In this document: piece after piece, positions 7,877-14,669 of the stretch
How positions within the stretch are numbered: position 1 is the first letter of the stretch
Layout: the number at the start of each line of letters is the position of its first letter
Source: Parcubacteria group bacterium Gr01-1014_3
GTDB taxonomy: Bacteria; Patescibacteriota; Minisyncoccia; UBA6257; WO2-44-18
Length of the DNA: 64,000 nucleotides
Assembly: GCA_007376445.1 (NCBI GenBank)
Contig: VMGF01000002.1
Coordinates: forward strand, 167,928-231,927
Reading direction: 5' to 3'
The notes under the pieces: model-generated
Seen by the model: only the letters and a program-made list of their open reading frames with translations
What the model was told of the DNA's origin: nothing
The model's database searches: none
Program-made: the position numbers and the translations under genes

Positions 7877-9781
7877 TCAACGAATAATTTTATAAATACT
7901 GACCGAATTATCCCGATAAATTCTCTCTAATTCCGGGTCCAGATCTAAGTCGCGTATGCCTATTTGTGACTCTAACGGGCCGACATATACATATTCGGCA
8001 TTTAACTTAGTCCAACCTGCCTTCACCGCGCTATACCGACCGAGTAACTCTTCTACCTTTTCGGCTTTTTTCTCCGCGATAACTGCATGATCGGAGGCGG
8101 AGATATACTGATCAAATGAACCGTACCGGCTTGGAAAATAATTGCCGAATAAATTACCGAAGCTATCGTTGAGATTGCTGCCTTTGTCCGGAAAACATTC
8201 ATATCCTTCGCAACCAGCGTCCATCTTACTGCTGAGCCGAGCTCGCAAAGTCTTTTCTGTAACTCCAAAGACTTTATGCGCCATCAAATAACGATCTTCC
8301 AGTTCCCGCATACTTAAGAGAGAAGTGAAGGCGGTGGCGAGATATGGGCGGACGGCGGTGTGCGTTGTTAGGTAAAAAGAAGTCATAGTTGATGGCGACA
8401 CCATCGCCGGCTCGCCGGGAAGATTTTCATTGATCCATCGCCATGATCGCGCGACATCGCTCGGAAATTTATAGTAATCCACGAGATGTGACTGCATGCA
8501 GCAACTGATCTTGGCGATATTGATAGCTTTCTTGGCCATTAAAAATACGCTCAATACGATCAGCAATCCAATAAATATCTTTTTTAATGCCGGCCAACGA
8601 ATTTCCAAACGAGAAAAGATTTCATACGCGAAAATAAATAAAATAATAAAAATAATGGGAGAAATTGAGCGGCGGAAAAATTGCGGCACGGGAACGTATC
8701 CGATCACCACCTGTACATTCCAGACAACGGTCATGGCAGCTAAAAGACCGCCTAGCCAAATGGCTTTGAGGCGGTCACGCTTCCAATAAAGTACGTACGC
8801 GACTACGGCTAGGGCCACATATACCAAGTATTCCGCCCATAAATTCGAGTTAAATCCGAAACTTCTGCCAGGAGCAATGCCTTCGCGCCAAATAAAATCT
8901 TCGGCTCCGCTGGTGTGGCTGAAAGCAAAATAAATCGCGAAATACGGGACCACGGTAATCACTAAAGCGAGGAGGAGAATCAAATAATTTTTAAATCTGA
9001 TAGGCTCTTGCTTGCGCATAAACCAAGCGGCGATGAAAAGCAGGCCGACTACGATGGTCCAATAAACCCAGTGATGAAAATAGGTATAGAAAATAAGTCC
9101 GGCAGCCGCGCCAGCGACGATGGCAGTTTTACGGGCTGGATTACGCCAGAAAATATACATCGCGAGAATGGCCAAAAGATATATCGGGTATGTCAGCAAT
9201 GGTTCGTCAATTCTCGCCAGGTACAGCTGATCAAACTGAGTATTCACCATCGGAATGAAGTTATTCAGAAAAAATGCCTGAAATTCCGCCAATCCCTGCC
9301 ACTTATAAAAAGGTAATTTCACAATGATCGGCGTCAGCGTGGCCACCAGAGCGAAGAAGATCGCGCGGAGACGGGAAATAAAAAGCGCGCGGCCCAGCAG
9401 GTACGCGATTATAAAAATAATACCGACAAAGACAAACTGCGCCGCGATATACGCGGAATCCGTGTTCCCCTTAAACAAAAACATGAATAGGGAAAAGGCG
9501 GCTGTTGGAATTATATTTTGTATGGTTGGCGGCTGTTCCTCTGCGTATAGTTCGGACGGAGGAAAATGACCATCATAAACCTCATGAGCCCGCGGAAGAT
9601 AAGCCTGTACGGAATCTCGGTAAGTTTTATATTGCGATAAAACGAACTCTTCGCCGGAAGATTCTATATTTTTCTGGACCATCAACGGCGGACCGGCATA
9701 AAAAAATCCTACAGCCAGCGCGAGCGTAAGCACGATAAACCCATAGCGATACTGATAAAAAAATGCCTTCACGGCTTCCAT
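7877..9781 (-). CDS. Polytopic membrane protein, probable GT-C glycosyltransferase
   Basis: About 11-13 hydrophobic segments plus a C-terminal soluble domain; heads the glycan operon. Confidence 0.55.
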   Translation of the reverse strand: MEAVKAFFYQYRYGFIVLTLALAVGFFYAGPPLMVQKNIESSGEEFVLSQYKTYRDSVQAYLPRAHEVYDGHFPPSELYAEEQPPTIQNIIPTAAFSLFMFLFKGNTDSAYIAAQFVFVGIIFIIAYLLGRALFISRLRAIFFALVATLTPIIVKLPFYKWQGLAEFQAFFLNNFIPMVNTQFDQLYLARIDEPLLTYPIYLLAILAMYIFWRNPARKTAIVAGAAAGLIFYTYFHHWVYWTIVVGLLFIAAWFMRKQEPIRFKNYLILLLALVITVVPYFAIYFAFSHTSGAEDFIWREGIAPGRSFGFNSNLWAEYLVYVALAVVAYVLYWKRDRLKAIWLGGLLAAMTVVWNVQVVIGYVPVPQFFRRSISPIIFIILFIFAYEIFSRLEIRWPALKKIFIGLLIVLSVFLMAKKAINIAKISCCMQSHLVDYYKFPSDVARSWRWINENLPGEPAMVSPSTMTSFYLTTHTAVRPYLATAFTSLLSMRELEDRYLMAHKVFGVTEKTLRARLSSKMDAGCEGYECFPDKGSNLNDSFGNLFGNYFPSRYGSFDQYISASDHAVIAEKKAEKVEELLGRYSAVKAGWTKLNAEYVYVGPLESQIGIRDLDLDPELERIYRDNSVSIYKIIR

Positions 9782-9867
9782 CGTTTGAGATTAACACGCG
9801 AGGAATTCATTGGGCAAATTCCGCTTAATACGATTAGGCCTATTTGGGTCTAAATGCCGTAGATTGA

Positions 9868-9942
9868 TCCCGTTAGAAACCGCGCCCGCGCTTAGCGCGC
9901 CCCGGAGGGGCCTATGGGCGGGCTGTTTCTAACGGGATTGAC
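9868..9942. mobile_element. Palindromic mini-element (CCCGTTAGA family), copy 2
   Basis: tcccgttagaaac...gtttctaacggga followed by TTGAC; near-identical to 57845-57919. Confidence 0.8.
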
Positions 9943-9966
9943 ATATATAATAGAATATGGTATAAT
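9938..9966 (+). promoter_or_regulatory. Consensus sigma70 promoter
   Basis: TTGACA (9938-9943) - 17 nt - TATAAT (9961-9966). Confidence 0.8.
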
Positions 9967-9975
9967 ATAGGAGTT

Positions 9976-10485
9976 ATGATTTACTATGACAACATCCCCC
10001 ATTATTCGCAGTTCCTGGATATCCCGCGCGTTGAGTGGCGGGCCGAAGGCTGTGGAATCGCGGCTTTAGCCATGGAAATTGAGTTCTATAAGCCAAAAAG
10101 CGTGTCTATTCCTTCCCTGCTCTCCCAGGCTATTAAGTCTGGCGCGCATGAGCTTGGTGTCGGCTGGAAGCATAAGCAGTTAGCCGATCTCGCTGAATTG
10201 TATGGCTTAGACGGAATTAACTATGACCTTACCGGCATGAGCAAGCAAGAAGCTTTTGGTGAGTTTAAGGATCGCTTAGCGGAAGGACCGGTGATCGTAT
10301 CCGTCCACAATAAGTTCGATCCTAGGGCTGCTCTTGGCCACATGGTAGTGGTAACCGGTATGGATAACGGTTACGTCTTTTATCACGATCCGGCCTATGA
10401 TAATAAGATCGCGAAAATGATCTCTGAGAAAGGATTTATGAAGGGTTGGAAACAGCGCTTCATCACGGTGCGAGAAAAATCCTAG
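9976..10485 (+). CDS. C39-like cysteine peptidase
   Basis: YSQ...GCGIAALAM, GHMVVVTG, YHDP. Confidence 0.85.
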   Translation: MIYYDNIPHYSQFLDIPRVEWRAEGCGIAALAMEIEFYKPKSVSIPSLLSQAIKSGAHELGVGWKHKQLADLAELYGLDGINYDLTGMSKQEAFGEFKDRLAEGPVIVSVHNKFDPRAALGHMVVVTGMDNGYVFYHDPAYDNKIAKMISEKGFMKGWKQRFITVREKS

Positions 10486-10487
10486 AA

Positions 10488-10519
10488 CTAAAAAGACCCC
10501 GCTTGCGGGGTCTTTTTAG
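10488..10519. terminator. Bidirectional intrinsic terminator
   Basis: aaaaagaccccgc-tt-gcggggtcttttt. Confidence 0.85.
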
Positions 10520-10600
10520 TGAGGACTCCAGTATCTATACCAAAGCTTTCGCCCTGCTCGGTTCACCCTTACGAATAAACCTTCTGTTCCAAAATCCTCA
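10520..10600 (-). ncRNA. Candidate structured small RNA (three-way junction, two GNRA tetraloops)
   Basis: P1 UGAGGAUUUUGG/CUGGAGUCCUCA; P2 GGUUUAUUC-GUAA-GGGUGAACC; P3 CAGGGC-GAAA-GCUUUG; TTGACA-17-GAAAAT upstream; terminator directly downstream. Confidence 0.55.
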
Positions 10601-10739
10601 TTCTTATTTTCAAAAATAAATGCATCAGTGTCAAGGTAGTCCTTGGGGATAACTATTCCACTATTCATGCGCCTTTCCTTATTCGCCCATTCGTACGAAT
10701 AAGGCCGTAAGAGAAAATAAAAAAACCGCGGTTAGGCGG

Positions 10740-11177
10740 TTATTTTGCTTCTTTCTTCAGCTTTTTCAGTTCGGCCTTCAGTTCATTAAAATCATCGAAA
10801 ACACCGGTCGCGAAAAGATACATCACGTCCCAGCGCTCTGGGTCATCCACTAGAATATAGCCCCTTTTGCCTTTTCCAAGATGAACTCCCAGCTCCAGGT
10901 GCCCAGACTTTCCGGCCGGCATCTGAAGAACCGCGATGTCGCATTCATCCAGATGCTTCCGGTCGAACTGGAACACATGCTTGGCGGCGTAACCCTTCAG
11001 CGCTTCTTTGAAACTATGTCCTCTGCCTTTTTCATAATCGCGCCACTTGTCATCCGCTTCCGGACCGGCTGCATACCAGTCATCAAACACTTCAAATCCC
11101 AATTCTCTGATCTGATTTGCCAACTTAGGAACTTCCGGATTTCTCAAAGAGCCTATCAGATAGACCTTCATGGCCAT
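10740..11177 (-). CDS. Nucleoside 2-deoxyribosyltransferase-like protein (phage type)
   Basis: KVYLIGSLRN, FD...LD.CD..VL..PAGKSGHLELG (catalytic-type Glu); SD aaagga before ATG 11177. Confidence 0.7.
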   Translation of the reverse strand: MAMKVYLIGSLRNPEVPKLANQIRELGFEVFDDWYAAGPEADDKWRDYEKGRGHSFKEALKGYAAKHVFQFDRKHLDECDIAVLQMPAGKSGHLELGVHLGKGKRGYILVDDPERWDVMYLFATGVFDDFNELKAELKKLKKEAK

Positions 11178-11281
11178 CTTGATTCCTTTCTTAGAACACC
11201 TCCAATTTAGCAAAGGATTTTAAGTCGCGCAAGTTTGAAATTTTTAAACTTTGAGTTATAATACAAAGCAGTTCTTAATAT

Positions 11282-11572
11282 TCCCCGGTAGCTCAGCGGT
11301 AGAGCAGCTCGCTGTGAAATAGCGCAGCCTCCTAGAGTAATCTAGGTTGAATAACGAGGTGAACTCGGTGAAACCCCTTTGGGGCAATACCGAGCCAAGC
11401 CCAGATGAAAATCTGGGAAGGTGTAGAGACTATCCCGAAAGGGAGTACTCCAGCGAAAGCTGGCGGAAGCGCCTCGATCCGACAAAGGTCGGATATGATA
11501 TAGTCCACCCCTATTAGTAATAGTAGGACAAGTGTAACGAGAAGGTCCCAGGTTCGATCCCTGGCCGGGGAG
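11282..11572 (+). tRNA. trnN: tRNA-Asn(GUU) interrupted by a group I intron (exons 11282-11315 and 11535-11572)
   Basis: Acceptor TCCCCGG/CCGGGGA with G73; D-arm GCTC..GAGC; T-loop GGTTCGATCC; joined exons give anticodon loop CT-GTT-AA. Confidence 0.88.
11316..11534 (+). ncRNA. Group I self-splicing intron (219 nt, no ORF)
   Basis: P1 exon GCUGU / intron GCAGC with U.G at the splice site; P4 CTCGGT..ACCGAG; P7 GACTAT/ATAGTC; terminal G at 11534. Confidence 0.85.
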
Positions 11573-11617
11573 CAAATAAAAAAGCCAAGTATTTCAACTT
11601 GGCTAAAAATTTCACGA

Positions 11618-11905
11618 CTACGCATTGGCCATGAGCATCTGCCGATGGGAATGCTCCTTCTTCATCTTCCCGAGCGTAGTAGTTTCCCATGTCGCGAAAA
11701 GATCATCTGCCTTGAGCCATCCATCATGATTGCTAGAACCGGGACCGAGAACATCGCGCTGCAGCTTACCATCCCAAAACGCATAGCAGATAGTAATGAA
11801 CCGCTTTGACTTCTTATTCCACTGAATTGCTCCCGTCTCATACCCTTTTGGGCGGATAAGGCATCCTTCGTCTTTGGCTCTCTGCATTGCGGTCAAAAAG
11901 TCCAT
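11618..11905 (-). CDS. Small phage-like protein, DUF2829/Tad2-like pattern
   Basis: GGAGG SD 7 nt before ATG 11905; MDF..A...AK..G..IRPKGY...W...DDLFA.W resembles the DUF2829 consensus. Confidence 0.5.
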   Translation of the reverse strand: MDFLTAMQRAKDEGCLIRPKGYETGAIQWNKKSKRFITICYAFWDGKLQRDVLGPGSSNHDGWLKADDLFATWETTTLGKMKKEHSHRQMLMANA

Positions 11906-12021
11906 ATTCATACCTCCTAGAACTTGCCACATATTACAATATAAAATTTTCTATGTCAAATCGCTTGCGCTTGTAAAAACGCTTTGTTAAATTTTAGTCA
12001 GTACATTCAAGGAGTGGCCAG

Positions 12022-12465
12022 TTGAAACTGCCGAACCAATATTGGACCAAGAAAGATATTCAGGATGTTAAGAAGGCGAAAAGTTTTGGCGATCTTTCGG
12101 TGGTAGCAATGCGGGTGGTCGCGCGGATGCCCCAGCCGGTTGGCGAGGTTTGCGGACCGATCACCTCCGGCGGACTCGGCTCACGAGAAAAGAATCTAAA
12201 AGCCTTTAATCAGGCAATCGATAAGCTACGTAAAGCCGGCAACTGCATTTTTGATCAGATTCCGTTTGAGGAAAAGCTTTACGAGTTCACGCAGGCTAAG
12301 TGGTATAAAGGCGGACTTCAGCTCTTGAGTGAGTTTTATCTTCCGATCTTCAAGTCAGGACTGATCGATACTTTCTACTTTATGTCGCTCTGGCACACCT
12401 CAATGGGAGCCAAGTGGGAGCATGATCAGGCCAAGGCGCTTGGGATCAGGATAGTTTATTTATAA
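12022..12465 (+). CDS. DUF4406-like (NDT superfamily) protein
   Basis: CGPITSGG, NL..FN.A...L...G, W..SMGA.WE...A..LG; TTG start with AAGGAG SD. Confidence 0.65.
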   Translation: MKLPNQYWTKKDIQDVKKAKSFGDLSVVAMRVVARMPQPVGEVCGPITSGGLGSREKNLKAFNQAIDKLRKAGNCIFDQIPFEEKLYEFTQAKWYKGGLQLLSEFYLPIFKSGLIDTFYFMSLWHTSMGAKWEHDQAKALGIRIVYL

Positions 12466-12503
12466 AAAAGTCCCCTTCCGCCAGTTGGCGGAGGGGATTT
12501 TTA
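12466..12503. terminator. Bidirectional terminator whose stem is the TCCGCCAGTTGGCGGA repeat
   Basis: aaaaag-tcccct-tccgccagttggcgga-gggga-ttttt between convergent genes. Confidence 0.75.
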
Positions 12504-12505
12504 TT

Positions 12506-12808
12506 TTAGTCGCGCATATTTACTTCATAAGTCTCTCGGTATGATATCACATAGCGTACCGGGATCAATACGACCATACGGCCCGCAGCGCCTTTGGGTA
12601 TGTAGGTTACCCTCAGACAATCTTCGTTCGTAGCCAAAGCTTTGATCGGCTGTTCATCGATCTCGGCGCTCGGGGCTAATTGATAGGCTGGATTCAAAGA
12701 TTCGACAACCAAATCTTCTGGAAGAATGTGCCCGTCCAGCAACCAATCGGAGCCACTCCGCTCAAGATACCAATTGAAAAGGATTACGACCCTGCGAAAA
12801 GACCACAT
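12506..12808 (-). CDS. Hypothetical protein
   Basis: 100-aa ORF with AGGGAGG SD supplied by the repeated leader motif. Confidence 0.6.
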   Translation of the reverse strand: MWSFRRVVILFNWYLERSGSDWLLDGHILPEDLVVESLNPAYQLAPSAEIDEQPIKALATNEDCLRVTYIPKGAAGRMVVLIPVRYVISYRETYEVNMRD

Positions 12809-12814
12809 ATTTAG

Positions 12815-12882
12815 CCTCCCTAAATCAAATCCCTGATTTGATCGGGCGACCTAACTCACCACATAGTGAGTTAGGTTTAGCC
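12815..12882 (-). promoter_or_regulatory. Repeated structured 5'-UTR motif, copy A
   Basis: GGCTAAACC-hairpin-GGTCGCCCGATCAAATCAGGGATTTGATTTAGGGAGG; 37 nt identical to copies at 40840 and 56090. Confidence 0.8.
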
Positions 12883-12949
12883 TCAAATCACTGGCCCAAC
12901 TATACCACTATATATAGAAGACGTCCAGGCTTGGTTCTAAGCCGCCCTA

Positions 12950-12978
12950 TTGACATTTAGCATTCTATCTATTATAAT
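12950..12978 (+). promoter_or_regulatory. Consensus sigma70 promoter
   Basis: TTGACA-17-TATAAT. Confidence 0.8.
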
Positions 12979-12999
12979 GTGCCTATCAAATAAAAAGGA

Positions 13000-13107
13000 A
13001 CGAAGTCCCGTTAGAACTGGCCAATACGGCTATTTCTAGGGAGGCATCGTAAAAAAAATACACATAAAATATGAAGATAATTAAAAATATCACCAGTTCT
13101 AACGGGA
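13000..13107. mobile_element. Palindromic mini-element (CCCGTTAGA family), copy 3, reverse orientation
   Basis: 15-bp inverted repeat tcccgttagaactgg (13006-13020) / ccagttctaacggga (13093-13107), ending at the ATG of the next gene. Confidence 0.7.
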
Positions 13108-14612
13108 TGAAAAAACTCATCGTTTTCGGCCTTTTAATGGGCCTGATCGCAGTCAATTTAATACAAGTTAACGTCGTGGAAGCGGCCAGCGAGCCGTGGT
13201 GCTATTTCATCTTCCAGAAGTGCAATGACAACGATGATTCCAGCGCGCCTAGCTCCGCTCCGGCGACTAATAATCCTCCGGTTTGGACTAGTGGGCAGAC
13301 TTCTTATAGCGCCAAAACTGGCGAGCTTTTACAGTTCACGGTAAACGCCATGGATCCGGAAGGAGCCACGCTCATCTATCGGGCTTCTTTTATTCCAAAC
13401 AGCGCGAACTTTAACGAAAACACTCATGTCTTTTCTTGGACTCCAAGTGACAACCAGCTTGGTAATTATTCCATTGAATTCAGCGCTTATGACGGCACTA
13501 ACCGCATTTACCAGAACATTAACGTCCAGGTCATTAAGGGCGTTCAGAATCCGGGCAACAGCCGCCCAGTTTGGACCACGATTCCAAGTCAAACCGCTTA
13601 TGTCGGCCAGACTTTGCAATTCTCTGTCTATGCCAACGACAACGACGGCGACACTGTAAACTATTCCGCTTTGAATTTACCGAGCGGCTCTAACTTCCAA
13701 GAATCCAACCGGACTTTCACTTGGAATCCGAGCTCCGGCCAGGTTGGTTCTCACATCGTCAGCTTCCGCGCTTCTGATGGCACCAACTATGCCGATATGG
13801 GCGTGACTATCACTGTCATCAATGGCACTCCGGTCGTGGGAAATAATAAACCGGTTTTAACCGGCTTCAACCCGCCGATCCGCGCCAATGTCGGTAAGCT
13901 CTATATTTATGATGTTAATTCTACTGATCCAGATGGCGACCCGATCTTCTATATTTTGAATTCCGGTCCGGCCGGTCTGACGATGAATTCCGTCAACGGC
14001 GTTATCAGCTGGGTTCCGTCCGCGAATCAGTTGAACTTCAATCAGGTCAACTTCTCCGTCTCTGACGGCAAGACTCCGACTACTGTCAGCTTCTTCATCT
14101 TCGTGGAAGCCGCGACCGCTCCGGCTCCGGCTGAACCGATCATTGTTGAGCCAAGCGAAGCTCGCGTAGTTATCAGCGATTTGAGCATGCGCGCTGAGGA
14201 TGGCGTGGTCATTGTTTCTTGGAATACCAATATTCCGACCCGCGCTCGCGTGATCTTCGGTGATACTTCCGAAGCGACTAAGACCCGCAACTTTACCTAT
14301 GACGACGCGACTCCGGAAATTCTCGCTATGAGCCGGGACCATGAAGTGAAGCTTGAAGATTTGGAAATGGAAAAGGTTTATTACCTCCGCGCGGTCGCCA
14401 AGACCGACGGCCAGACCGTCACCAGCCGCGAAGTCACCTTTGTGCAACTTCCTGGCCAGGGTGGTCTCCAGTTCTTTGGAGCCGCTTCCCTCTTGTCCAC
14501 CTTGGGCAACTTGCTGACGGAACCGATCGTACTCTTACTCGCGATTGTCGGCATGTTGATCTTTATGTATCTCCAGAATAAGAAAATCGCGAAGCTGAAA
14601 TCACCGTTATAA
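13107..14612 (+). CDS. Secreted surface protein with three Ig/cadherin-like repeats, an FN3-like domain and a C-terminal TM anchor
   Basis: Signal peptide MKKLIVFG..; repeats N..P...F.V.A.D.DGD...Y.....P.G......F.W.P...Q.G....F..SDG; W.T...YY..RAVA. Start reassigned to 13107. Confidence 0.8.
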   Translation: MKKLIVFGLLMGLIAVNLIQVNVVEAASEPWCYFIFQKCNDNDDSSAPSSAPATNNPPVWTSGQTSYSAKTGELLQFTVNAMDPEGATLIYRASFIPNSANFNENTHVFSWTPSDNQLGNYSIEFSAYDGTNRIYQNINVQVIKGVQNPGNSRPVWTTIPSQTAYVGQTLQFSVYANDNDGDTVNYSALNLPSGSNFQESNRTFTWNPSSGQVGSHIVSFRASDGTNYADMGVTITVINGTPVVGNNKPVLTGFNPPIRANVGKLYIYDVNSTDPDGDPIFYILNSGPAGLTMNSVNGVISWVPSANQLNFNQVNFSVSDGKTPTTVSFFIFVEAATAPAPAEPIIVEPSEARVVISDLSMRAEDGVVIVSWNTNIPTRARVIFGDTSEATKTRNFTYDDATPEILAMSRDHEVKLEDLEMEKVYYLRAVAKTDGQTVTSREVTFVQLPGQGGLQFFGAASLLSTLGNLLTEPIVLLLAIVGMLIFMYLQNKKIAKLKSPL

Positions 14613-14621
14613 CGAAGTTTC

Positions 14622-14653
14622 AAAACCGCCCGGTCGAATGACCGGGCGGTTTT
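14622..14653. terminator. Intrinsic terminator (CCCGGTCGAATGACCGGG family)
   Basis: aaaaccgcccggtc-gaat-gaccgggcggtttt. Confidence 0.8.
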
Positions 14654-14669
14654 GTTGTATAATAAAACA

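Noticed and set aside
7970-7980. tctaacggg match inside the GT-C-like gene
   Set aside because: Single arm with no partner repeat or end signature; encodes an ordinary GPLE peptide, so likely chance.
11332-11625. ORFs 11332-11625 and 11342-11575 on the - strand
   Set aside because: Antisense to the tRNA-Asn and its intron; no LAGLIDADG, GIY-YIG or HNH motif, so not a homing endonuclease.
13071-13106. N-terminal extension MKIIKNITSSNG predicted by the ORF track
   Set aside because: Lies inside the mini-element; a normal signal peptide begins at 13107.
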